A stretch of DNA of 64,000 bases from an uncultured delta proteobacterium (GCA_963847445.1 CAWJZV010000030.1:288001-352000); one strand, 5' to 3'; shown: positions 1 to 11,107, counted from the stretch's first letter. The notes: generated by a model not told the origin, from the letters alone. Numbers and translations are program-made.

Positions 1-517
1 AAACCGCAGCTCGTCCATCGCCTGGACCAGGATACCTCCGGCCTTCTCCTAGTCGCGAAGAACCCAAAGACCGCCGAAGAAATAGAGCAAGCCTTCGAAA
101 CCGGTGCGGTCGATAAAGAGTATCTCGCCTTGGTTGTGGGCCGGTTAGCGACACAATCAAGGCGTCATCGACACGCCGTTGCCCGGGCGCGACGGCAACC
201 CGGTACGCGCCCTGACGCGCTATTGGGTAGTCAAACGCTACTCGGAGGTCACGCTGGTCCGGGTCGCCATCGAAACCGGTCGCCTCCATCAAATCCGCCT
301 GCACTTCGCCGAGCTCGGCCATCCCGTCGTCATGGACGACCAGCATGGCGACTTCGCTTTTAATAAGCAGTTTCGCAAGGAATATGGCTTGAAACGACAG
401 TTCCTCCACGCGCAAAAGCTCTGCCTCAACTTCGCCGGCAAAGTTTGCCAGTGGCAAGCAAAACTGCCGAAGGATCTCGATCGAACTCTCGCAGCGCTGT
501 CGAAGCAAAACCTGTAG
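1..517 (+). CDS. RluA-family pseudouridine synthase, 5'-partial, +1 frameshift near 150
   Basis: Frame 1 from base 1 reads KPQLVHRLDQDTSGLLLVAK (HRLD catalytic motif). It continues in frame 2 with ETGRLHQIRLH and RQFLHA motifs. Confidence 0.9.
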
Positions 518-561
518 TTCACTGACTTGCGGAAGAATTCGCCGATATCGGCATAGCCAAA

Positions 562-1197
562 TTACAGTTTGCGCACCAGCATGATGCCATCGCGCACCGG
601 CAGCAGGACATTCTCGACGCGCGGATCGCTGCGAATTCTTCTGTTGAGCGCGTCGAGAGATTTCGTGCATTCGTCTTGCGGGTAGAGCACGCGGCCGTCG
701 CGCAGAACGTTGTCGAGGACGATCAAGCCGCGCGCCCTGGTCAATTCAAGACAGGCGTCATAATAGGCGCCGTAGTTTTCCTTGTCGGCGTCGATGAAGC
801 AGAGATCGAAGGGACCCCAGACCCGCTTTAAACTTTCCACCGCGGCGCCGACCCGCACTTCGATTTTATCGTTATGGGCGCTCTCGGCAAAGTAACGCTT
901 GGCGATGTCCGCAGCCACCCGGTCGATCTCACAAGCGACGATGGTGCCGCCCTTGGGCAACGCTTCGGCCAATGCCAGAGTGCTGTAACCGGTGAACATG
1001 CCGATTTCTAAGATCCGCCGCGCGCCGGTGAGACCGACGATCATTTTGAGAAACTGTCCTTCCAGAGCGCCTACCATCATCTGCGGATTGCGCGTCTTGG
1101 TATAAGTCTCCACCCACAGCTTATCGTGCAGTGCCGACAACGGTTTACTGCACCGCTCCGCGTAATCTTCGATGCCTATCGGCCTAACATCGAGCAT
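562..1197 (-). CDS. Class I SAM-dependent O-methyltransferase (caffeoyl-CoA OMT-like)
   Basis: Motifs LEIGMFTGYS, FDLCFIDADKENY, DNVL and LPVRDG. Confidence 0.9.
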   Translation of the reverse strand: MLDVRPIGIEDYAERCSKPLSALHDKLWVETYTKTRNPQMMVGALEGQFLKMIVGLTGARRILEIGMFTGYSTLALAEALPKGGTIVACEIDRVAADIAKRYFAESAHNDKIEVRVGAAVESLKRVWGPFDLCFIDADKENYGAYYDACLELTRARGLIVLDNVLRDGRVLYPQDECTKSLDALNRRIRSDPRVENVLLPVRDGIMLVRKL

Positions 1198-1231
1198 TCA
1201 AAGTGTCCTTGATGAGCACTAGCCACTACTT

Positions 1232-1987
1232 TCACGACCCAGTCAGCCGCATGCCGCCGTCCACCGGCAAGATCGCCGCCGTCACCATCGACGCCTCGTC
1301 GGAAGCCAAATAAACCGCCGCATAGGCGATGTCTTCGGGCTCACCGATGCGGCCGATCGGCACTCTGGTTTTATAACGCGCGAGCTTCTCCGGCGTCGAG
1401 GTGTCGACCATCGGCGTGCGGGTCGGGCCGGGACAAATGCAATTCACGCGAATCTTGTCCTGGGCATGATCCATCGCCATCGCTTCGGTGAGCGTCACCA
1501 TCCCGCCCTTGGAGGCGCAGTACGCCGCCCGGCCGGCTTGGCCGAGCATGCCGGAGCGCGCCGCGATATGCAGAATCACGCCGCCGCCGCGCCTTTTCAT
1601 CTCGGGGATCGCCAGACGCGAGGCGACGAACACGGCTCTAAGATTGGTATCCAGGGTGCGGTCCCAATCATCTTCGCTGATCTCGGTGATACTGCCATTG
1701 GTGCGCACGCCGGCGCTGTTGACCAGGATATCGAGGCCGCCGAACTGTTTAACCGTTGCGTCGATGAGAGCTTTCATTTGCGCCGAATCGCAGATATCGC
1801 CGGCGCGAAACAACGCCTTGCCGCCGGCCTTCTCGATCGCCGCGACGGTCTCCAACCCTTTAGCTTCGGTCTTGGAAATGCCGGCAACCGCCGCGCCCTC
1901 CTTGGCGAACATGATCGCGATCGCTTGACCCAAGCCGGAGCCGAAACCGGTAACCAACGCGACCTTGCCTTTGAGTTTCATCGCCAA
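1232..1987 (-). CDS. SDR family oxidoreductase
   Basis: TGFGSGLG, NSAG, YCASK (YxxxK), VNCICPG and VDGG. Confidence 0.9.
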   Translation of the reverse strand: MAMKLKGKVALVTGFGSGLGQAIAIMFAKEGAAVAGISKTEAKGLETVAAIEKAGGKALFRAGDICDSAQMKALIDATVKQFGGLDILVNSAGVRTNGSITEISEDDWDRTLDTNLRAVFVASRLAIPEMKRRGGGVILHIAARSGMLGQAGRAAYCASKGGMVTLTEAMAMDHAQDKIRVNCICPGPTRTPMVDTSTPEKLARYKTRVPIGRIGEPEDIAYAAVYLASDEASMVTAAILPVDGGMRLTGS

Positions 1988-2026
1988 ACCCTCCGTAACA
2001 GCTCAAGATATACAATTGCTGCAAGG

Positions 2027-2055
2027 TTGACTCAACTATCGGCCGTTGTTATTTT
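2027..2055 (+). promoter_or_regulatory. Putative sigma70 promoter for the CobW gene
   Basis: TTGACT-N17-TATTTT with an extended TG. Confidence 0.4.
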
Positions 2056-2085
2056 TTAGCGAGTCGACTACGAGGAAATTTCACA

Positions 2086-3343
2086 ATGGCAGTAAGCAAC
2101 GATCCACGCATACCGGTAACCGTTCTTGACGGGATTTCTCGGCGCCGGCAAAACCACGCTACTCAATCGCATCCTGACCGCCGACCATGGCCGGCGCGTC
2201 GCCGTCATTGTCAACGAGTTTGGCGAAGTCGGCATCGATCACCATCTGTTGATCTCGTCGGACCAGGAAGTGGTCGAGATGAGCAACGGCTGCATTTGTT
2301 GCAGCGTTCGCGGCGATTTGCTGCGTAGCCTGTTTCAACTGCTCGAACACCGCGAAAAGTTCGACACTCTGATGATCGAGACCACGGGATTGGCCGACCC
2401 GGCGCCGGTGGTCCAAAGCTTCTTCATCGACGACCAAATCAAGAATGAATACGCATTGAACGGCGTCGTCACCGTGGTCGATGCCAAACATATCTTGCAG
2501 CAACTGAGCAGTTCACCGGAAGCCAAAGAACAGATCGCCTTCGCCGACATGGTGCTGCTCAACAAGATCGATCTGATCAATCCGGAAGATCTGCCGGAGC
2601 TGGAATTCAAGCTGAGAAATCTCAACGGCGCCGCGCGTGTCTGCCAGACGAGAAATTCCGACATCGACATCGGCACGATCCTCGACCTGCGCGCCCTCGA
2701 TCTCGAAATCAAAGCCGCCAAGCACGACCACAACCATGCGCACACCGAAGATATCGAGACCGTCGCCATCGAAATCGCCGGCGATCTCGACGGCGTCAAG
2801 ATCAGCCAATGGTTCCGCGAGCTGATCGGTGAATTCGGCGAACGCATCATGCGCATGAAGGGGATCTTGAACCTGCGCAAGGACCCCGATCAGTTTGTCT
2901 TCCAGGGAGTCCATTTGCTTTTCGAAGGCCGCCCCGGCCGGTCCTGGGCGGAAACCGAAGAGCGGATGAATCGGTTAGTCTTCATCGGCCGCAATTTGAA
3001 TAAAGAAAAAATCACTCAAGGATTCATGAACTGCATTACCACGGACGGCGAATACGCCTCGTCCGATGACGTCGATCCCTACGGCAAAAAGCAAGAAGTT
3101 TCTAAATTCACCCTCGAGCAAATTCGCTATTGGGTGCAAACCATTCTGGAATTTCCTCCCGACCTGCCGATCGTCATCAAAGAAGTCCCCTGCGTCAAAG
3201 CCGGCTGCCCACCGGTGGAAACCGCCCTGATGGTTTTTCTCAAGAACGAACCGCCGCGCACCTTCAAAATCCTCGCGCGCATCAACGACGTGAATTTCGA
3301 TCATGTCTACAACTTGATCGAGAATCCGTTGCCATGTTGCTGA
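2086..3343 (+). CDS. CobW/COG0523 G3E metallochaperone GTPase with an extra Cys-rich C-terminal domain (+1 frameshift near 2123)
   Basis: MAVSNDPRIPVTV joins TGFLGAGKTT. Also NEFGE, GCICC, ETTGLADP, NKID, the His linker HDHNHAH, a CobW_C domain, then about 95 extra aa ending PLPCC. Confidence 0.9.
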
Positions 3344-3499
3344 AGTAATAGAGGAGCACGGGCTTTCGTGGTCCGCCGGTTCTTGACGAATTGCTCAAGT
3401 AGCTAGTCTACCCTCAACGACTCCGGCGCCTTCGCCATTCCCGCTGTGGCCTGGTAACTGCTCTAAACATGCTACTTTCAATCACAGGAACCTGATGGC

Positions 3500-4267
3500 A
3501 TGCTGATTACCAAGAGTAAGATGCGCCGAACCGATGTAAGCACCTCCAGCAGTTTTGCCTTGCGCGCCGCGTTCTTCCTCGCCAACCTGGTTATCGTCGC
3601 CAGTTGCGCTGGCAGCGAGGCCCAGCTCGGTTCGCGCGACTGGAACGCGGAGCGCCGGCGCATGGTGGAAGTGCAACTTCGCGGGCGTGACATCCGCCAC
3701 CCGCGGGTGCTCGATGTTATGCGCACTGTGCCGCGCCATCTGTTCGTTCCCGAGCCCGAACGGGACCGCGCCTACAGCGACACTCCCCTGCCAATCGGCC
3801 ATGGTCAGACGATCTCCCAACCCTATATCGTTGCCTTCATGACTCAGGAGCTCGACATCGAGCCCGGTCATCGCGTGCTTGAGATCGGCACGGGGTCCGG
3901 CTATCAGGCGGCAGTGCTCGGCGCGCTAGCGAAGGAAGTGTACAGCATCGAGATCGTCGCGCCGTTGGCGGAGCGGGCGCGTGAGATACTCATGAGCCTC
4001 GGCTATCGCAACATCAACGTCCGCACCGGCAACGGCTACCTCGGCTGGCCTGAACATGCGCCGTACGACCGCATCATGGTGACGGCGGCACCGGACGAAG
4101 TACCGGCGGCGTTGGTGCAACAATTAAAGATTGGCGGCTTGATGGCGATCCCAGTCGGCACCGGCGTTCAGGAACTGCTCATCCTGCGGCGCACCCCGAC
4201 GGGGATGGAGACGCTAAGGACGCTTCCCGTGCGATTTGTCCCCATGACCGGCAAGCCTCGCACCTAA
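3500..4267 (+). CDS. pcm: Protein-L-isoaspartate O-methyltransferase
   Basis: VPRHLFV, GQTISQPYIVA, LEIGTGSGYQAA, APYDRIMVTAA and VRFVPM. Confidence 0.92.
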   Translation: MLITKSKMRRTDVSTSSSFALRAAFFLANLVIVASCAGSEAQLGSRDWNAERRRMVEVQLRGRDIRHPRVLDVMRTVPRHLFVPEPERDRAYSDTPLPIGHGQTISQPYIVAFMTQELDIEPGHRVLEIGTGSGYQAAVLGALAKEVYSIEIVAPLAERAREILMSLGYRNINVRTGNGYLGWPEHAPYDRIMVTAAPDEVPAALVQQLKIGGLMAIPVGTGVQELLILRRTPTGMETLRTLPVRFVPMTGKPRT

Positions 4268-4352
4268 GTACTGTAAGGGGTCACGAAGGTGGTTAGGTCT
4301 AGATTCGATCTGCTGCCTTATCTAAGCTTTACGTGTTCTGTTGGTCTCATGT

Positions 4353-4520
4353 TTAGTGAAAGACGCTCCCCCCATCCACGACAATCGCTTGCCCAGTCAT
4401 GAAGTCGCTGTCGGACGAACAGAGAAAATCCAACGTGCCCATCAGATCATCCGGCGTTTGCAGCCGCTTGATCGACCTTTCCTTCAACTGCAATTCCGTT
4501 AGCGCCTTGGGCGCATTCTG
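4353..4520 (-). pseudogene. Orphan copy of the last 168 nt of the SDR gene (17336-17503); direct repeat
   Basis: Manual alignment gives about 11 mismatches in 168 nt with no gaps. It encodes QNAPKALTELQLKERSIKRLQTPDDLMGTL...VDGGSVFH*. Confidence 0.9.
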
Positions 4521-4816
4521 CAGATAACCCAATGCTCCAATACTCCATCACGGTGCGGCGAATAATAACTTGTCGAACAAACTCCATTACACTCGCGAGT
4601 TTACGGCGCAGTAATTTTGATCAAGTTGAAGTACTTTGCGAGGGCAAAATTGCTTTAGTTAAACACGCACATTTTTATCACAATAAACGGTGCATATTGG
4701 CCCTCGACAATTAAGCATATTGCGCGTAACCATGTGAGCACGGGCTAGCTACAGGCAGTACTTGCTCTATCGAAGGGCCGTTCCCGATTCGCTGGCTCGG
4801 ATCGGAGGTAGTTGCC

Positions 4817-5779
4817 ATCAAGTACGTTATCGGTCGTGTCGCTCAAGCCGTTATCACGCTGATCTTCTTCATGGTGGTGATCTTTGTGGCCACGCGCGCT
4901 GCGGGGGATCCGGCCGTGCTCAACTTGCCAGCGGATGCATCCCAGGCGGATATTGACGCGGCACGTGAGCGGATCGGCACGGACCGCAGTTACGCCGTGC
5001 AGTTCACTATCTTCGTGCAGGGCATGGCGACGTTTGATTTCGGCCGGTCCATCGTTTACGGCGAGCCGGTGCTGGAACTCATCGGACCGCGCTTTATCGC
5101 GAGCCTGAAACTTCAACTGGCGTCGCTGGTTTTAATCCTGATGACAGCGTTTCCTCTGGGTGTTCTCGCCGCGACGAAACGCGGTAGACTCCCGGATCGC
5201 GTCACACAGTTGCTGGCCGCGGTCGGCCAGGCCGCACCGGGCTTCTGGGTCGGCCTGGTTTTAATGGTGATCTTCGCCGTCCATCTTCGGCTGTTGCCGG
5301 CGGGAGGCATGGGCACCGGCGGCCTCGACTCATGGCAGTATTACGTCCTGCCCGCGATCAGCACCTCTTTATTTCTGTTTTCCGCAATGACGCGTCTTCT
5401 GCGTTCGTCGATGCTGGAGTCGTTGGACGCGGAGTTCGTGAAACTCGCGCGGGCGAAGGGCGTGCCCGAGTGGAAAGTGGTATGGATCCACGTCTTTCGC
5501 AACGGCTTACTGCCGGTGATGACCTTCATGGCCATCTGGGTCGGCACCGCGGTCTCGGGCTCGGTGGTCACCGAAGTGGTGTTCGACTGGCCAGGGATCG
5601 GAAATCTATTTCTGAGCGCGATTATCGCGCGCGATTTTCCGATCATCCAGGCGGTCGTCGGTGTGGTCGCGGTGACAGTCCTGTCTGCGAACCTCATCGT
5701 CGATTTGCTTTACGGCGTCGTCGATCCGCGCATCAGGTTTACCACAGTCACTTTGCAGAAAGCGCTAGCAAGGGGATAA
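4817..5779 (+). CDS. Dipeptide/oligopeptide ABC permease (DppB-like)
   Basis: DFGRS, EFVKLARAKG (EAA loop) and ARDFPIIQ. The N-terminus extends upstream of ATG 4871 to an ATC at 4817 behind GGAGG. Confidence 0.88.
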   Translation: MKYVIGRVAQAVITLIFFMVVIFVATRAAGDPAVLNLPADASQADIDAARERIGTDRSYAVQFTIFVQGMATFDFGRSIVYGEPVLELIGPRFIASLKLQLASLVLILMTAFPLGVLAATKRGRLPDRVTQLLAAVGQAAPGFWVGLVLMVIFAVHLRLLPAGGMGTGGLDSWQYYVLPAISTSLFLFSAMTRLLRSSMLESLDAEFVKLARAKGVPEWKVVWIHVFRNGLLPVMTFMAIWVGTAVSGSVVTEVVFDWPGIGNLFLSAIIARDFPIIQAVVGVVAVTVLSANLIVDLLYGVVDPRIRFTTVTLQKALARG

Positions 5780-5782
5780 GCG

Positions 5783-6700
5783 ATGTCCGTTATCGATACC
5801 GAGCAAGTTGCACTCGAACGGACCGAAGTCGCGGCGCGACAGGATGCGCTCGGCGGCTGGCTCCGATGGAGCAAGCTGCGGCGGCTGCCGCTGTTTCCGC
5901 TCGCGGTCATTGGCCTGTTCGTGATCCTGGCAATTTTCGGCGATTGGCTTGCGCCCAACGACCCATATAAAACCAGCCTCGGAGCACGATTGCTCCCGCC
6001 GGCGTGGATGCAGGGCGGCGATTCGAATTATCTTCTCGGCACGGATCGGCTGGGGCGCGATGTCTTCAGTAGGATCGTCGTTGGAGCGTTACCTTCTTTC
6101 AAAGTGGCGCTGGCGGCATTAATCTTCGGCTCGGTTCTGGGTTCTTTAATCGGCATGATCTCGGGCTATCTCGGCGGACGAACAGATGCACTGATCATGC
6201 GCATTGCCGACGGCACGATGGCCTTCCCGCTCATTTTGGCTGCGCTGCTGTTGGCAGCGATCATCGGCCCGGGTGGGCCTACAGTCGTGATCGCTGCCTG
6301 TGTTGTTCTCTGGGCTCGGTTCGCCCGGCTCATCCGCAGCGAGGTTCTCACGGTCAAAGAGCGCGACTTCGTCAAGCTGGCGCGCGTGGCGGGGGCGTCG
6401 AACTGGCGTATCATGACCGCCCATATTTTGCCCAACGTGCTCAACAGCGTCGTGGTGCTGCTTACCTTGCAGCTCGGATTCGTCATCATCTTGGAAGCGA
6501 CCCTGAGCTTCCTTGGGGCGGGAATTCCACCGCCGACGCCGACCTGGGGTCAAATGGTCGCCAGCGGCCGAGATTACCTGGAGGTTGGCTGGTGGTTGTC
6601 GATCTTTCCCGGACTCGCCATCGCGCTGGTCGTGTTGTCCTTCAACCTTCTCGGAGACTGGCTCCGGGATCACACCGATCCTCGGTTGCGCCAGCTTTGA
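5783..6700 (+). CDS. Dipeptide/oligopeptide ABC permease (DppC-like)
   Basis: LLGTDRLGRDVFSR, HILPN, EATLSFLG, PTWG and GDWLRD. Confidence 0.92.
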   Translation: MSVIDTEQVALERTEVAARQDALGGWLRWSKLRRLPLFPLAVIGLFVILAIFGDWLAPNDPYKTSLGARLLPPAWMQGGDSNYLLGTDRLGRDVFSRIVVGALPSFKVALAALIFGSVLGSLIGMISGYLGGRTDALIMRIADGTMAFPLILAALLLAAIIGPGGPTVVIAACVVLWARFARLIRSEVLTVKERDFVKLARVAGASNWRIMTAHILPNVLNSVVVLLTLQLGFVIILEATLSFLGAGIPPPTPTWGQMVASGRDYLEVGWWLSIFPGLAIALVVLSFNLLGDWLRDHTDPRLRQL

Positions 6701-6880
6701 GGAACTGTGTGGAGCCAGCCGCGTTTGAACGGCGCGCGAGCTTTGCAGGGCGGCGAGCGGCTAAGCTGAGCTCGATTCGGATCATTAGAACGCCGCTGGC
6801 TGTGACCCGCGCCAAGCCGCGTGGCGTCTGTGATAGGGACCGAAAAGCGGAACCCATAAATACAAATAGGAGGTATTTTC

Positions 6881-8578
6881 ATGTCTAAGCAAAGGCGCAA
6901 TCGGTTGGCGCGCAAGGGTCTGCTCTTGCTGCTTGCACTGCCGGCATTGACTATGTTCCAGCAGACGCCGGGATACGCGCAAGCCACCCCAAAAGTGTCG
7001 GTCGCAGCGAATAGCGGCGGAAAACCGACCGACACATCACTGACCGGCTGCCCCGCACGCAAGCCGACGCTGCGGATCGCAGGCCATTTCAACGAGGAGT
7101 TCACGCCGCATCCGGCGGAGAATCGTTTCGCAACCATTCACTTTACGCGACTCCACCAGATGACGCTGTTCGGCTCCGATCCGGGCGATGAGAAGCTCGA
7201 TGCCGCTTTCGGTATTGCCGAATCCTGGGAATTCCTACCAAGTGCCAAGGGGCTGATCGTTACACTGCGCGAAGGGTTGACCTTTAATAACGGCGATCCT
7301 GTTACACCCGAGGACGTGGTGTTTTCGGTGAAGCTGGCGTCCAGTGATTTTGCCGAGGACCAGATCAGGGCGACCTTGAGAGGCATCAAAGTGACCGCCG
7401 AGGTTATCGACAAGCGCAAAGTTCGCATCGAGTTCGGCCAGGGGGCGCCGACCTTCGTGTACGAAATGTCGCCGCTGGTGTTTCCGATTTACGTGACTTC
7501 TAGAAAATATCATTCCGACGGCGCAACCTCCCAGGAGGCCTTCGACCGCTTTCGGAAAAATCCGCTCGCAGGGGGGCCCTATCGAGTCGTCGAGCGCCAG
7601 GCGCAACGATCGATCACGCTGGAGGCGGCGCGCAAAGATCCTCTGCTCGGCTGCCCGGTCTATCAGCGCATCGAAATTAGGAACGTCGGGGAACTCGGCA
7701 CGCGCCTCGCTCAATTTCGTACGGGGCAGTTGGATATCATCGAAGGCAGCCGCGATCTCATGGGGCGCGCCACGTCAATGGGAGGCAGGGTGGCAACCAA
7801 GCCGGATGCCCACATGATCGGTTTTTACTTCTTTCAGACCTGGCATAAACATAACGTCTTCCACGACGAGCGGGTGCGCAAAGCCGCGGCTTACGCCATC
7901 GATCACAAGCTAATCACGAAAACGATCTGGCGCGGCATCGGGGTGACGCCTTGGGGTTGCACGTGGCCGCCGTCGACGGAACTTTCCACGATGAATCCAA
8001 AGTTCGTCGAGGCCTGCGCCACGCCGTATCCGTACGATCCGGTCAAGGCGCGCGAACTGCTCGCTGCCGGCGGTTATCCACCGGGACGCGTACCGAGCAT
8101 CAAATTGGTCTACTGGGGCAATTACCCGGAAGAAGCAGATTTCGCTCAGGCGATTCAACCGATGTTGGAAAAGGTTGGGTTCAAGGTCACCATCGATCCC
8201 ATCGATCGAGCGGAGTATGCCCGCCGGCGGCAATCCGGCGAAGGATATATCGATTCGATTTTATTTTTTGGCTCCGGCGGCCGCATTACGTCGCTGGCCG
8301 GATCGTATTCCGTATTTGGCCCAAAATTGAATTTCGGACCGAAACACGATCAGGACGTCATCGATGCATTGGCAGCGGCGTCGAGTGCGGCGACCGTCGA
8401 AGAATACACCGAGGCCACGGCCAAGCTCGGTAAGCTGGTTCACGGACGCGCCTACGGTCCGGGTTTCTTCTGGGCCTCCTCGGTGTGGTTCGTCAGCAAG
8501 AAGTTGCCCGACTGGGGACTGGAGCGGAGTCGTGGTCGAGGGCCGCTTAATCTGGCCGCGCTGGTGACCAAGCGGTGA
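6881..8578 (+). CDS. Family 5 ABC substrate-binding protein
   Basis: Signal peptide, AESWE, LREGLTFNNGDPVTPEDVVFS, VRKAAAYAID and YDPVKARELL. Confidence 0.88.
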   Translation: MSKQRRNRLARKGLLLLLALPALTMFQQTPGYAQATPKVSVAANSGGKPTDTSLTGCPARKPTLRIAGHFNEEFTPHPAENRFATIHFTRLHQMTLFGSDPGDEKLDAAFGIAESWEFLPSAKGLIVTLREGLTFNNGDPVTPEDVVFSVKLASSDFAEDQIRATLRGIKVTAEVIDKRKVRIEFGQGAPTFVYEMSPLVFPIYVTSRKYHSDGATSQEAFDRFRKNPLAGGPYRVVERQAQRSITLEAARKDPLLGCPVYQRIEIRNVGELGTRLAQFRTGQLDIIEGSRDLMGRATSMGGRVATKPDAHMIGFYFFQTWHKHNVFHDERVRKAAAYAIDHKLITKTIWRGIGVTPWGCTWPPSTELSTMNPKFVEACATPYPYDPVKARELLAAGGYPPGRVPSIKLVYWGNYPEEADFAQAIQPMLEKVGFKVTIDPIDRAEYARRRQSGEGYIDSILFFGSGGRITSLAGSYSVFGPKLNFGPKHDQDVIDALAAASSAATVEEYTEATAKLGKLVHGRAYGPGFFWASSVWFVSKKLPDWGLERSRGRGPLNLAALVTKR

Positions 8579-8597
8579 ATCGCAAACCAGGCAAGAG

Positions 8598-8699
8598 GTT
8601 CAATTCGTTCGAATCGCTCAACCAATGAACCGAAAGTTCGCGCACCGGCGCATATCTTCCGGGGGACTTGAACTTTTTAATCGCTTGAACGTTTTGAAC
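8598..8699. repeat. 9-bp-period inverted tandem repeat hairpin (GTTCAA.../TTGAAC...)
   Basis: GTTCAA/GTTCGA/GCTCAA at 9-bp spacing, a spacer, then TTGAAC units. Lies between convergent genes. Confidence 0.7.
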
Positions 8700-8718
8700 T
8701 TCTTACGTCGTTTTTTAG

Positions 8719-9730
8719 TTAGTAGAGGTGACAGGCGGTCCAGTGCCGGGGCGCGAGCTCTTTCCACTCGGGCTCCACTTCGGCGCAAACCTGCAGGGCC
8801 ATGGGGCAGCGCGGGTGGAGCCGGCAGCCTCGGGGACAGCGGTGGCAGCGGCCACGTCGCCGTGCAGCAGTAGTTCTTCCCGCTCGACGTCGGGATGATC
8901 GGGCAGGGCGGCGGAAAAGAGCGCCTTGGTGTAAGGGTGGAGCGGGTTTTTGAAAAGCTCCTCGCACTCCGCCGATTCTACCAGCCGGCCAAGATACATG
9001 ACCCCCACGGTGTGGCTCATGTAGCGGACCGTGCCCAGGTGGTGCGCGATGAAGAGGTAGCTGAACCCTTCCTGTTCCTGCAGATCTTTGAGGAGATTCA
9101 TGATCTGGGCGCGGATCGAAACGTCGAGAGAGGAAACCGGCTCGTCGAGCACGATCAGTCGCGGCGAAGACGCCAGAGCCCGCGCGATCGCGATGCGCTG
9201 GCGCTGACCGCCGCTGAATTCGTGCGGGAAGTTGTCGATTTCTTCGGCCCTGAGCCCGACCTGTTGGAGCACTTCCTCGGCCCGCTCGCCGGCGTTCGCT
9301 CTTGGACATCGTTGCTGTTGATCAGCAGCGGCTCGGTGATGAAGTCACCGACCCGCATGCGCGGGTTCATGGAGCTGTACGGATCCTGGAACACCGCCTG
9401 AACCGCCGAACGGTAGGCGCGCATCTCCTCCTGGCTCAGCTCCTGAATGTCTTTGTCTTGCCAGAGGACACGCCCCTCGCTGGGCGCCTCGACCTTGAGG
9501 ATCGCACGGGCGGTGGTGGTTTTGCCGCAGCCCGACTCGCCGACGAGACTGAAGGTCTCACCCTCTTTAACGTCGAACGAGACTCCGTCCACCGCTCTGA
9601 TCAGCAGCGACTCACGCTTGAAAAACGGGCCACGTCTCACCGGAAAAAAAACGTGCAGGTTCTCCACCTGGAGGATCTTGTGATCATTGTTGCAGTGCGG
9701 GAGCGTTGAATATTTGCGGCGAAGATGCAT
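8719..9730 (-). CDS. Oligopeptide ABC ATP-binding protein (DppF-like), several frameshifts
   Basis: [35 protein letters not shown] and C-terminal GCRLHPRC...ACHLY, spread over different frames. Confidence 0.8.
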
Positions 9731-10752
9731 CCGACTCCCTACGTCCAAGCGTCCGTTGGCCGGCAAGTCGATGCTTCTGGCGTACACCTCCTCGGCGCGC
9801 CAGCACTCCGAAGTGTGCCCCGCCTTGACCGTGACCAGCGGCGGCTTCTCCTGGGTGCAGCGCTCGAAGGCGAAGGCGCACCGCGACGCAAAAGGGCACC
9901 CCGGGCTCTCGCGTCCATCCCGTGGCAGGAGAGCCGGGAATGGCGTACAAGCGATTCACGCGGCCGTCGACTTTGGGCACGGCTTCGAGCAGGGCGCGGG
10001 TGTACGGGTGGGCCGGGCGATTAAAGGTTTCCCGGACGTCGGCGTATTCGACAATTCGACCTGCGTACATCACCGCGACATCGTCGCACATCTTGGCGAC
10101 GATGCCGAAGTCGTGGGTGATAAAAAGCAGCGCCAGGTTCAGGTCCGTCTGAAGGCCGCGCAACAACTCCAAGTACTGTGCCTGGATGGTCGCGTCCAGA
10201 GCGGTGGTTGCCTCGTCGGCGATCAACAGCTGCGGCTCGCAGGCGATGGCCGTGGCGCCCACTACGCGTTGGCGCATGCCGCCGCTGAACTGGTGCGGGT
10301 AATCCTTCATGCGGATCTCGGGCGAGGGTACATGGACGCGCCGCAGGCTGTCGATCACCCGGTCGAGTCTGCGCCTTGCCCGACAGCTGCTGGTGCAGGC
10401 TGACGGACTCTCCTACTTGATACTGGACGGTGAACACGGGGTTGAGGCTGGTGAGCGGGTCCTGCAGGATGATGGCGATGCCGCCACCGCGGATGCGCCG
10501 CATCTCCTTTTCGGGCTTCTTGAGCAGGTCCTCCCCGGCAAAGCGAATCTCTCCGCCGATGATCCGCGCTGCCGGCTGGGGAGCGAGCCGCAGGATGGAG
10601 AGAGCCGTCATCGACTTGCCGCTTCCCGACTCTCCGACCAGCCCGAGGCTCTTGCCGCGGTCGAGGGCGAAGCTCACGCCGTTAACGGCCTGATTGACGC
10701 CTCGCCGCGTGTAGATATACGTGCTCAGATTGTCGACTTCAAGCAAAGCCAC
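9731..10752 (-). CDS. Oligopeptide ABC ATP-binding protein (DppD-like), frameshifted; 3' end uncertain
   Basis: [39 protein letters not shown] and CPFASRC...ECWR, spread over different frames. Confidence 0.8.
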
Positions 10753-11077
10753 GTCGATTGATCCCTGTTTCTAGCGGCGTACCGATTCCGGATACGGCGG
10801 CATTCGATGGATCGGCTTCCGTCTGTATATGTCCTATCACCACCATGACCCGCTCGAAGAAATCTAGCCGTCTTACGGACGTCGACTCCGCTGCCCTTGA
10901 GACGACTTCGGCGTTAAGCGGGCAGTCTGCGCCGCAGCTTCCGATGGAAGTCGAGCGCGACGCGATCATTCACACTTATATATAGCAAGATCGCCTTTCC
11001 GCAACGTCAAATTGCCTGCATGACGGGGTTTCATTGAATCAAACTTTCACAGGTTGCCAAACAATCAACCGGGCATT

Positions 11078-11107
11078 TCGCGATCGGGGTAAGAACCCCG
11101 CTCGCGA
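11078..11107. repeat. GC-rich REP-like hairpin
   Basis: TCGCGATCGGGGT-AAGA-ACCCCGCTCGCGA imperfect inverted repeat. Confidence 0.45.

Noticed and set aside
10758-10985. Short ORFs upstream of the ABC ATPases
   Set aside because: No RBS or motif support that I could recognise.
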